Shown here piece by piece: positions 55,965 through 64,000 of a stretch of DNA of 64,000 nucleotides. Source of the stretch: Bugula neritina (taxonomy: Eukaryota > Animalia > Bryozoa); assembly GCA_964035545.1 (NCBI GenBank), contig OZ037766.1, forward strand, positions 14,746,722-14,810,721, read 5' to 3'. A program made the position numbers and the translations under genes. How positions within the stretch are numbered: the stretch's first letter is position 1; every line of letters begins with the position of its first letter. Under the pieces are notes generated by a model. It saw only the letters and a program-made list of their open reading frames with translations. It did no database searches and was not told the DNA's origin.

Positions 55965-56209
55965 CTAAGAACTAGTGCTGGTACTAGTGATGGTGACTAC
56001 AACAGAGGTGCCACTGCTGCAAGAATAACTTTCCTCCTCCGAGATGGTGTTCAAGAGATGAGAGCTACCCTGATGAGTAATCATACTCGGTCTACATCCA
56101 TGCTTTCCGTGCTTTATGCTGGCCAAAGGTGCACGAGATAAAGTCACGTTGTTAGAAAACAACTCCCGTTTCAGATCATACATTTCAAACATGGACTCTT
56201 GATGGCTAT
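55965..56209 (-). CDS. Probable terminal coding exon of a host gene whose upstream exons lie beyond the retrotransposon
   Basis: The acceptor TGTTTCAG is followed by an 81-codon open frame (DSHQESMFEMYDLKRELFS...TSTSTSS*). A possible preceding exon at ~56346-56291 (QYIPFWKRKSRTTVFYRS) would need a GC donor. AT-rich 3' UTR with minus-strand AATAAA downstream. Confidence 0.5.
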
Positions 56210-56524
56210 CTGAAACATAGTGAATTATTCTGAGACGTGGAAATAATCTCGGTAGCAATTTTATAATCAGATTTGTAATAACTAACATGCCAGATCTATA
56301 GAAAACTGTTGTCCTAGATTTCCTCTTCCAGAATGGGATGTATTGCCTTAACTATTAATACTGAATGAATATTAATGTGTTAAAGGGGCACCTAATATTT
56401 TGATCTTGGTTACTCGTTGATTAACACTTAATTTATGGGTAAATCAATGAAAGAAAACATTTTAATAAAAACCCATTATAATATGCTTGCTACACTCTTA
56501 TGCAACAAATTTTAACTTGAATAG

Positions 56525-56829
56525 TGTTATGTTTTCCAGATTTAGGGTTGATGTGCCACCAAGAGAGTCTATTTATCACTAGAGAAACTTCACCGTGTTA
56601 AGTCGAGTAGATATCGTTATATTTTAATACAAGAATACATAATAAAATCTAATGTACAACAGTAATGATACGCACATCTATTTAATTTACAGCACTATCC
56701 TCAACTGAGCTAGTAGCGCGAAGCTGCTACTATTACTCAGAAACAGCCTAACTAATTGGCTAATACATTGTTCCGGGTCAATACGCAACCTTGCGTATTG
56801 TGTTGCTGGTAGCTCCACGAGCCACCACA
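56525..56829 (-). repeat. 3' LTR (305 bp)
   Basis: Identical to 63670-63974 except A56751 versus G63896; TG...CA termini. Confidence 0.97.
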
Positions 56830-56841
56830 CTGCCCCCTCCA
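56830..56841 (-). other. Polypurine tract
   Basis: Minus-strand TGGAGGGGGCAG directly abuts the TG of the 3' LTR. Confidence 0.85.
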
Positions 56842-57097
56842 GCAGAAAGCCCTCTTTCTGATAAAAATATAATTCACATAAAAAAACGTATACTTCGTTG
56901 TGGAGAGAGAGAACAGTATAAAAGTATATACAAAAAAAAACAACTGATAAAATATACAGGTATACATATAAAACGTGCACAATGCGTAATATGTAAGAGA
57001 AAATCCTATTTACATGTAAAGTACGTGCCACCATAATGGTAGGGAATGCCACAGAGAGGTAGGGGAAGAGTAGTATGGAGTTGGAGATAGACTCATG

Positions 57098-58171
57098 TTA
57101 ACTGCGGGCCGCCCGCTTCATGCGTTTAATAGACTCCTGTAAATATTTGAGTTCACTGGATGCAGCCTGTACCCGTGGGGCCAGCCTATACACTTCTTGC
57201 TCCAAGTCGTGTACCCTAGCTTCTACTTCACGTAGGTTGCGGGCCCAGGGGGACGAGCGAGAGGAAGGCAGCTGTCTGTGTCTTTTCCGCTCTGAGGATG
57301 GAAGGGGAGGAGGGAGTGTATATGCATTTGTGTCCACCCTCTGTAGTATGACACGAGGAAAGGTATGCGGTATGCGTAGAGGACCGTGAGGTGGAGAGTT
57401 AGTAGACTGTGTAGGGTTATCCGCGGCTCCAGAGATGATGGGTCGCGGGGAAGGGAAGCCTTGCTCCAGGCGAGATAGCCGAGCTGAGTCAGTGATGAGT
57501 GGTTTGATGGCGTTGAGAAAGGCAGGATAGGATGATTCGTCTACTTCATAGACATGCCCTTGATAACACTGCATAGTACGTTGGTGCCGCAGTAGGTAAT
57601 CACGATTGTAACTATATTCTCCGCAAGGGCAGAAAGTGGTGATGTAGTGTTGCGGCAAGTGTACTTTCAGTCTGCGGTGGGTTGTGAATCGCTGCTGGCA
57701 GAGGTTGCATTCACGATTACTCTCCCCTCCTTGATGGGTCCTAATCTCTCTCTCTGTGGCAGGAGTAATCCAGTTGGAGGTTGCTTCCAACTGGGGTGGC
57801 AGTTGCCTGGTTGTAGAAGTTGTTGGGGCCGGCTCTGGGTCCCACGCCATCTCTAGAGAAGGCATGCCCGGAGAGACGGGCGCGAGTGTGTCTACAAAAG
57901 TAGAATTATTGTTAGATCGCGGTGGATCTTTACAACATAATTCTAGTGACTGTCGACCGTTGCTAGCCTGAGAGTCACAGCTTTTGGAATGCACTCGAGG
58001 AACCGATGAATCATGTGTGGACTGACCAAGAACAGTGTCTAGCTCCAGGTCTAACAGACCGTCGGCCATTACAGTGTCTTCATCGTCATTCATATGAAAC
58101 GTGGTTCCCAGTAATTCTGATTCAATCTGCTGAATTAGTTCAGAATTTACTGGCATCGAGCCCGTTTCCAT
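57098..58171 (-). CDS. Retrotransposon ORF3: 357-aa zinc-finger/coiled-coil protein (not env-like)
   Basis: Intact ORF starting 17 nt after the pol stop. Canonical C2H2 finger CNLCQQRFTTHRRLKVHLPQH (C-x2-C-x12-H-x3-H with the conserved F and L). Second finger CPCGEYSYNRDYLLRHQRTMQC (C-x-C-x12-H-x5-C). RKRHR basic motif and heptad-rich C-terminus. No signal peptide or transmembrane segment visible. Confidence 0.85.
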   Translation of the reverse strand: METGSMPVNSELIQQIESELLGTTFHMNDDEDTVMADGLLDLELDTVLGQSTHDSSVPRVHSKSCDSQASNGRQSLELCCKDPPRSNNNSTFVDTLAPVSPGMPSLEMAWDPEPAPTTSTTRQLPPQLEATSNWITPATEREIRTHQGGESNRECNLCQQRFTTHRRLKVHLPQHYITTFCPCGEYSYNRDYLLRHQRTMQCYQGHVYEVDESSYPAFLNAIKPLITDSARLSRLEQGFPSPRPIISGAADNPTQSTNSPPHGPLRIPHTFPRVILQRVDTNAYTLPPPLPSSERKRHRQLPSSRSSPWARNLREVEARVHDLEQEVYRLAPRVQAASSELKYLQESIKRMKRAARS

Positions 58172-58188
58172 GAATAGGAATACAAGAC

Positions 58189-61100
58189 TTATACTGGCTT
58201 ACCTGGGAACTCGGTATTAATGTCCATACTCAACGTTCTTGGTAAGATTGGAGCTGGTTGTGAGATACGTCTGCCTTTGGCGATGTCAGCATAAGAAAAG
58301 GCTGAGCATCGTTTCTGAGGCACGAGGTCGGAACTATTTGCTTTACGCGCATTAATTCCTCCCACTATTCCGCCCTCGCAAAAGTTGATATTTGCGTGGG
58401 GTTCACAACTCCAACATTTTATCGTACGGTTTTCCCCTAGACTTTCATGTGCGCCGCTTCTAATGCAGTCACATACGAAGTCTTTTAAATATGGTGGGGG
58501 TTTCCTCGTACGCTGTCCCCTTTCTAGGGGGGGTGACACGCTTGCCGGTTCGTTAGTAGGGGCCTCTAATGGCGTCTCTACTTCACCATTAGTGGTCACC
58601 TCTTCTTGTTTTCCGGATGGAGCCCCTCCCTCCGTGGGGGTTTGCACTTCCGGAACCGGTTCGGTTTCTGGAAGTGATGGAATTAGACTTGGCGGTGGCG
58701 GACACGCTTCTGTTGACAAAAGCTGCCGCTCCTCTCTCACCAAGTTTTCTTCCCGCGGTATGACCACTTCGTATTCAGGTCCATGCCGCCGTCGCCCGCG
58801 CGTTGTTGTCTGCCTCCTGGGCTCTAACAACGGGGGGGCTTCTCCCACTCCGTCGGGGCTAGCCCAATACGGTTTCAAGCGAGACTCATTCTGGATAGAC
58901 ACCTGTCCTGAGCGCTCGATCTTGTACGTATGATTGGGCATAGCCTCGACGACCACGTAGGGGCCTACGAACTTAGGCTTCAGTTTATCAGCCTGTCCGC
59001 GACGCCTACGGTAATTGACCATCCACACCTTATCTCCCGTTTGATAGAGAGGTGGTTCATCGGAATCTTCGTGCCGCACCTTCCACTGCCGTTGGCGCAG
59101 TATCTCGTGTGCGGCCTTCATCCGTTCCACTAGTTCACTGGCATACTCGTGAACCGAGTTGTCTTGCTCTGGAACGTGATAGGTGAGATGGTCAGGGACA
59201 CGAGTCTCTCTCCCGAGCATCAAGAGGTTTGGGGTCTCACCAGTACTGGTGTGTGGGGTGCTACGGTATGCACGCATGACTTGCGGCAACACCGTATCCC
59301 ATTCCTCTTGACCTCGTCCAAGGAGGAGACTCCGGAGTGCATCACCCAGCATCCGGTTGTTGCGCTCCACCACCCCGTTACCTTGAGGGTGGTAGGGGGT
59401 GGTCCTGCTCTGATTTACTCCCCAGAGGTGACAAAGGTCGCTCATCAGTTGAGACTGGAATTGAGCGCCTTGATCAGAGTGTATCTGTTCAGGGAGTCCA
59501 AAATAACAGAATACATGTAGGTCTAGTGCCCTGGCCACTGTTGGGGCTGACGCATCTGGGATAGCCAAAGCATCCGCCCACCTAGTAAAGTGGTTGGTTA
59601 GTACTAGGATCCAATTATTGCCTCTGGGGGTCAGGGGCATGGGTCCGACCAGGTCTACAGCGACTACTTGCCAGGGCCTACCAGCATATAGCCTCCGCCG
59701 TCCTGCTTCACCAGGGGGGCGGCTATGCTTACTGGCCTGGCAGATCTCACACTGTTTGACTCTGAGCCGGACGTCACGCTCCATTTGCGGCCAATACCAC
59801 CGGAGTCGTAATTTGGATATCACTCTCTTGACCCCTGCGTGGGCCTGTTTGTGAGTATCCCAAATCAACTCACGGCGGATGGCCGTGGGACAGACTACCC
59901 TCTTCCTTTCCGGGTGTCTGCCGCTGGCAGCTAGAGAGATGGTTAGTAACCCATCCTGCCCGATCCGCAGCGAGTCCCAATGCTGACAGTATAGCCGGAA
60001 CTCGGCGCATCCCTGTCGTATGCGTTCCTCGCTGGGTCGTCGCCCTTCCCTTTTGGCCCGGTATATGTCCGCCACGACTCCAGGCAGCTCTTCTTGGAGC
60101 TTCTTCAGCTCTCGAACATTACCGGCCAGTACAGGGTTGGCGCGGAGGTTTTGTACATCCTCCGGGGACTCATCAACTCTTTGCCTGAGTTGACCTTGGT
60201 CCCAGTCAAACGGTGCTCCGTGGTGAGCCAGCGTCTCCAACTTGCATCGCGGGGGACCTCCATCCCTCCTCTCAATGTTGAGACACTGTTTGCAACCTCC
60301 GTCAGGTCGGCGACTTAACCCATCCGCATTGCTGTGTCTCTTGCCCGGTCGATGTTCGATCCGGTATGAGAATTCAGCTAGGATTTCGAGCCACCGGGCG
60401 ACCTGACTAGGGGGCTCTGCTCTCTTGCACAACCAGATCAGCGAGGCATGATCCGTACGCAGCCGGAACTTCCTGCCGTATAGGTATGGTCTGAAGTGCT
60501 TCACTGACTTGATTACTGCCAGCAGCTCCTTGCGGGTAGTGCAGTAATTTCGTTCAGCGGGTGAGAGAGACTTGCTGTAGTAGGCTACTACTACCTCTCG
60601 GCCTTCCTGCACTTGTGACAGCACAGCGCCAACATTTTGGTCACTGGCGTCCGTGTCGAGGATGTACTCCAGAGTGGGGTCTGGGTAGGCCAAGATGGGC
60701 GCCGTTAGTAGGCAGCCCTTGAGGCGGTCGAACGCTCCTTGTTCGACTGGGGTCCACTGCCACGTCACTCCCTTTGCGGTGAGCCGGTTTAACGGCTGGG
60801 CTATGCCCGCAAAGTCTGGTATGTATTGCCTGTAATACCCTACCAGCCCCAAGAAAGCCCGGAGTCCGGTCAAGTCTTGGGGGGTGACCCAGTCTTCTAC
60901 TGCCCGTACCTTTTCGGGATCCGTTGCCACGCCGTTTCGACCGCCAACGTGCCCCAGGTACTTGACCTCCGGCTGCAATAGAGCGCACTTGGAAGGTTTG
61001 AGCTTAAGACCGGCACCTCGGAGTCTCTCGAAAACCTCCTGCAGACGACTGACATGTGTCTCGAAGTCCGGAGAGATTACGATGACATCATCGAGGTAGA

Positions 61101-62481
61101 CCAGCAGTGTCTTCCAATGGAGTCCGCTAAGGACTTGTTCCATCAGCCTCTGGAAGGTGGCTGGGGCGGAGGTTAACCCGAAGGGTAGCACCTTCCACTT
61201 CCACAAACCGTCCCGTGTGATAAACGCCGCTTTCTCTTGGGCGTCGGGACTCAGAGGAACCTGCCAATAGCCGCTTAGCAAGTCTAACGTACTGAAGTAC
61301 TTGCTGCCGGCTAGGGCGTCCAATGACTCGTCAATACGAGGTAGAGGGTAAGCGTCCTGTATGGTTACGCTATTGAGTTTGCGGTAATCCACACAGAACC
61401 GCCAACTGCCGTCTTTCTTCCGGACCAGTACGACTGGCGAGCTCCACGCACTATGGGCGGGCTCTATCAGTCCCCGGTCCAGAAGATCCCGTACTTGTCG
61501 GCTAACTTCCTTCTCTTTTTCCGGCCCCAGCCTGCGTGTGGGCTGCCGGACAGGGACTGTCCCTGCAGTCAGCGGTATTTCGTGTCTGACAACTCCAGTC
61601 AGCCCCACGTCATGATCTCCGCTACTGAACACATCACCGTAGTCGCGTAGCAACTTCGCCATGGTTTGGCGATCCTTGTTGCTCGCGCAGCCGCCACTGG
61701 CTGTTTCGTATAACTCCCGGAGATGTGTTGGGACTGCCCCTCGTCCCTGAATAGGGTGTCGAGGGGGTGCATCCGTCGCGTCACCCAGCGACGGGCCCAC
61801 GTCCTCTTCCTGGACGAAGTGGAACCGGCCCAGCATTGACCCAGCTGGGAGCTCAATGGGCTCGGTAAAGGGGTTGACACACTGCACTAAGACCTCCCCT
61901 CGCTCAGTTAGTCTGTTTAAACTACTGGCGAGTTGGATCCTTTCGTGCGCGCCTTCAACGACCCCGAGCCTGGCTATCCGGTTGCTGTTCACTCGGCAGT
62001 GGATAGTAGCTCTGGAGCGTCCGGGCACGGTGCAGTTTCGAACTACCTGAACACCGCCCACCAGAGGACGCCCAAACTTATCCACACAGGTGAGTTCTCG
62101 CCCGCCCATCAACACCACCGACTTACTAAAGTCTATTCGGCACTGGTGTTGCTTCAAGAAGGGCATTCCGAGGATAGCATCTTCCTCCAGTTGGCCTATG
62201 ACAAAGGTCTCCTGTACAGCCTGGTCTCGGACACGCCCAGGGAGCTCGATAATACCATAAAAGGGAATACATGACCCGTCTGCCAGGGTGCCATGTTCCC
62301 CGGTATATGGTCGTACTCTATCCCTGTCCCGGCGGGGCAGTGCCTCAAAGACTCTACGACTGAGAAGATTGGTAGTACAACCGGAGTCGAGCAGGAAAGT
62401 GACGGCATTGCCGGCCACCTTTCCGGGTAGGAAATAGCTCTCTCCATGTGGTTGTACTTTCACCCCCCCCCCCCCCCGCAT
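58189..62481 (-). CDS. pol: Pol polyprotein: aspartic protease, reverse transcriptase, RNase H, integrase
   Basis: FLLDSGC (protease); WRFCVDYRKLN, LPFGL and YLDD (RT); LDTDAS (RNase H); H..H..CEIC, VAVDLVGP, HSDQG and VERNN (integrase HHCC + DDE); KFVGPY (GPY/F). The true N-terminus probably extends to the frameshift site at ~62815. Confidence 0.97.
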   Translation of the reverse strand: MRGGGGVKVQPHGESYFLPGKVAGNAVTFLLDSGCTTNLLSRRVFEALPRRDRDRVRPYTGEHGTLADGSCIPFYGIIELPGRVRDQAVQETFVIGQLEEDAILGMPFLKQHQCRIDFSKSVVLMGGRELTCVDKFGRPLVGGVQVVRNCTVPGRSRATIHCRVNSNRIARLGVVEGAHERIQLASSLNRLTERGEVLVQCVNPFTEPIELPAGSMLGRFHFVQEEDVGPSLGDATDAPPRHPIQGRGAVPTHLRELYETASGGCASNKDRQTMAKLLRDYGDVFSSGDHDVGLTGVVRHEIPLTAGTVPVRQPTRRLGPEKEKEVSRQVRDLLDRGLIEPAHSAWSSPVVLVRKKDGSWRFCVDYRKLNSVTIQDAYPLPRIDESLDALAGSKYFSTLDLLSGYWQVPLSPDAQEKAAFITRDGLWKWKVLPFGLTSAPATFQRLMEQVLSGLHWKTLLVYLDDVIVISPDFETHVSRLQEVFERLRGAGLKLKPSKCALLQPEVKYLGHVGGRNGVATDPEKVRAVEDWVTPQDLTGLRAFLGLVGYYRQYIPDFAGIAQPLNRLTAKGVTWQWTPVEQGAFDRLKGCLLTAPILAYPDPTLEYILDTDASDQNVGAVLSQVQEGREVVVAYYSKSLSPAERNYCTTRKELLAVIKSVKHFRPYLYGRKFRLRTDHASLIWLCKRAEPPSQVARWLEILAEFSYRIEHRPGKRHSNADGLSRRPDGGCKQCLNIERRDGGPPRCKLETLAHHGAPFDWDQGQLRQRVDESPEDVQNLRANPVLAGNVRELKKLQEELPGVVADIYRAKREGRRPSEERIRQGCAEFRLYCQHWDSLRIGQDGLLTISLAASGRHPERKRVVCPTAIRRELIWDTHKQAHAGVKRVISKLRLRWYWPQMERDVRLRVKQCEICQASKHSRPPGEAGRRRLYAGRPWQVVAVDLVGPMPLTPRGNNWILVLTNHFTRWADALAIPDASAPTVARALDLHVFCYFGLPEQIHSDQGAQFQSQLMSDLCHLWGVNQSRTTPYHPQGNGVVERNNRMLGDALRSLLLGRGQEEWDTVLPQVMRAYRSTPHTSTGETPNLLMLGRETRVPDHLTYHVPEQDNSVHEYASELVERMKAAHEILRQRQWKVRHEDSDEPPLYQTGDKVWMVNYRRRRGQADKLKPKFVGPYVVVEAMPNHTYKIERSGQVSIQNESRLKPYWASPDGVGEAPPLLEPRRQTTTRGRRRHGPEYEVVIPREENLVREERQLLSTEACPPPPSLIPSLPETEPVPEVQTPTEGGAPSGKQEEVTTNGEVETPLEAPTNEPASVSPPLERGQRTRKPPPYLKDFVCDCIRSGAHESLGENRTIKCWSCEPHANINFCEGGIVGGINARKANSSDLVPQKRCSAFSYADIAKGRRISQPAPILPRTLSMDINTEFPGKPV

Positions 62482-62769
62482 GTGCTGTCCTGGATTGACA
62501 GGACGGCGGGGGTTTCACCCATGGTTTACGGGGTTTCCGGCGGCGAGGTTGCTGCCGGCGGGGTTTGGGGCTCTCCACTGGGCCTTCTGGCTCCATTTCA
62601 GTGGCGGGCTCCTCTTCCCGAGGTAACCGGTGGAACCGGTTGGCGAGTGGCAGGGAGAAGGTACTTGGCCGTTGTGCGGGCCTACTAGTCCTGCGTGGTA
62701 CCTGCCACTCGGGGGGAGTGCGCCGTCGTGTTCGTACGGGCAGACGGCGGTGTTTCCCACCATACTCCT

Positions 62770-63636
62770 TTAGTTGCGGCCCGCGGGGAGGGAGAGCGTC
62801 CGCGGGCCGTGACAGTTTAACGCCCCCTGGTATTGGGGTCGTCCTTGCTGTCCATGGTCTTGACCAGCACTACTCCAGTTTGGCCCCGCAGGTGTTGAGG
62901 GCAACCGCAGGGCCTGACCGAGGCCAGCGCCAGCCAGAATTGTTACCAGCTGTCCCAGCATCTCTACCATGCGGTCCACTTCGGCCTCTAGCGGGGGGGC
63001 TTTGGGGCTTGTTGTAGCCCTGGCAGCGCTGACTCCAACTACTGGTGGGTTCCGTCGTGCTTGATGCATTTGGGTAGCCAACAGGTAAGCTTCTCCAGCC
63101 TTCAGGGCATCCTCTATTCTGGTTATCCCTTTAGCTCGTAGTTGATGGTGTAAGCCCAGGTCGTTTAGTGACTGGACAAAGGCGTCATAGGTGTAACGCT
63201 CTTGGTGTTGTGCTGGCAGATCGCTGTATGCAATCTGCGCCAACTTCTTCACCGTCGCGGCATGTTCTTGCAGCGAGGTCCGCGGGGTGCGGCACAATCT
63301 CTCCAGCTTGGTCCTAGCGTCTATTGCGGAGATGCCAAAACGGGCCCGCAGCGCAGCCAGTATCCCGTTTACGTCCGTTCCCACTCCGTACGGCTTGGCT
63401 TGTTCCGTCACCGCTCTCCGCAATTGGATAAGGGCCACTCTATGCGGCCATTGAGCAACCTCCATTACCTCTCTAAATTCTTGTATAAATTGTTCGACAT
63501 CTTCCGACCCAGTAAAGGTGGGAGCTTTCAAGCAATGTCTATAAGCTTCTTCTCCCTCGCGATTTACAGGATTAACAGCATTTCTACGCTCACCTTCTAC
63601 TGGGGGTGGTTGCATTCTAGCATTTTCAGTCTCCAT
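62770..63636 (-). CDS. gag: Gag (capsid-like), 288 aa
   Basis: First ORF after the PBS, with a retrotransposon gag-like KAPTFTGSEDVEQFIQEF...W motif and a SLQEHAATVKKLAQIAY helix. Confidence 0.9.
   Translation of the reverse strand: METENARMQPPPVEGERRNAVNPVNREGEEAYRHCLKAPTFTGSEDVEQFIQEFREVMEVAQWPHRVALIQLRRAVTEQAKPYGVGTDVNGILAALRARFGISAIDARTKLERLCRTPRTSLQEHAATVKKLAQIAYSDLPAQHQERYTYDAFVQSLNDLGLHHQLRAKGITRIEDALKAGEAYLLATQMHQARRNPPVVGVSAARATTSPKAPPLEAEVDRMVEMLGQLVTILAGAGLGQALRLPSTPAGPNWSSAGQDHGQQGRPQYQGALNCHGPRTLSLPAGRN
62777..62821 (-). promoter_or_regulatory. -1 programmed ribosomal frameshift signal (gag-pol)
   Basis: Slippery heptamer G_TTA_AAC (62821-62815) in gag phase, a 5-nt spacer, then a perfect 10-bp stem CGGCCCGCGG/CCGCGGGCCG with a 13-nt loop. 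The -1 frame is open from 62869 to 62354. Confidence 0.85.
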
Positions 63637-63650
63637 CTTTGATGTACACT

Positions 63651-63668
63651 ATCCCACCGCTGCCACCA
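63651..63668 (-). other. Primer binding site complementary to the tRNA-Leu 3' end
   Basis: Minus-strand TGGTGGCAGCGGTGGGAT, 1 nt inside the 5' LTR. Its complement ATCCCACCGCTGCCACCA is the typical animal tRNA-Leu 3' terminus. Confidence 0.9.
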
Positions 63669-63669
63669 C

Positions 63670-63974
63670 TGTTATGTTTTCCAGATTTAGGGTTGATGTG
63701 CCACCAAGAGAGTCTATTTATCACTAGAGAAACTTCACCGTGTTAAGTCGAGTAGATATCGTTATATTTTAATACAAGAATACATAATAAAATCTAATGT
63801 ACAACAGTAATGATACGCACATCTATTTAATTTACAGCACTATCCTCAACTGAGCTAGTAGCGCGAAGCTGCTACTATTACTCAGAAACAGCCTAGCTAA
63901 TTGGCTAATACATTGTTCCGGGTCAATACGCAACCTTGCGTATTGTGTTGCTGGTAGCTCCACGAGCCACCACA
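63670..63974 (-). repeat. 5' LTR (305 bp)
   Basis: 304 of 305 bases identical to 56525-56829; followed by the ATAG TSD. Confidence 0.97.
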
Positions 63975-64000
63975 ATAGTTTTGGTTGTGAATAGCTTCAA

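Larger units (their letters stand above)
56525..63974 (-). mobile_element. Full-length, very recent Ty3/gypsy LTR retrotransposon with three ORFs
   Basis: Direct 305-bp TG...CA LTRs, 4-bp TSD ATAG (56521-56524 and 63975-63978), PBS, PPT, gag, pol in PR-RT-RH-IN order, and an extra ORF. Markedly GC-richer than the host DNA. Confidence 0.98.

Noticed and set aside
57098-58171. ORF3 as an envelope gene
   Set aside because: No N-terminal signal peptide and no hydrophobic fusion peptide or transmembrane anchor. The Cys/His residues form zinc-finger spacing instead.
58385-63642. Numerous plus-strand ORFs inside the retrotransposon as antisense genes
   Set aside because: Expected by-products of GC-rich coding sequence on the other strand; no motifs recognised.
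63651-63668. tRNA gene
   Set aside because: Only the 18-nt 3'-end match including CCA is present, adjacent to the LTR. It is the PBS.

Overview
AT-rich, intron-dense eukaryotic DNA, most likely an invertebrate animal; the species cannot be determined from this window. Host genes were assembled by hand from GT-AG junctions and exon phases: the 3' part of an orphan, repeat-containing gene (+, about 1.4-9.9 kb); a 64-aa PEP-19/PCP4-like IQ-motif gene (+, 12.9-14.2 kb) interleaved with an antisense gene that looks partly decayed (-, ATG 18622); a multi matrin/U1-type zinc-finger RGG protein gene (+, 25.6-35.2 kb); an orphan MGC- (myristoylation-type) Ser/Pro-rich gene (-, 38.2-44.3 kb); a complete 11-exon protein disulfide isomerase (-, 46.4-54.7 kb); and the last exon(s) of another minus-strand gene (about 56 kb). 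Mobile DNA includes two inverted copies of a 1.3-kb TA-TSD non-autonomous transposon, a 2-kb foldback element with an 8-bp TSD, a hAT-type MITE and a micro-retroinsertion. The main feature is a very young, full-length Ty3/gypsy LTR retrotransposon (56525-63974, -) with 305-bp LTRs differing at one base, an ATAG TSD, a tRNA-Leu PBS and a GUUAAAC plus stem-loop -1 frameshift signal. In the slot usually taken by env, it carries an intact third ORF that is not env-like. That ORF has transcription-factor-like architecture (acidic patch, C2H2 + C2HC zinc fingers, basic NLS-like motif, coiled coil), and each LTR holds a 22-bp dyad. This is the best candidate for an undescribed system: a retrotransposon-encoded zinc-finger regulator with a possible cognate LTR site.
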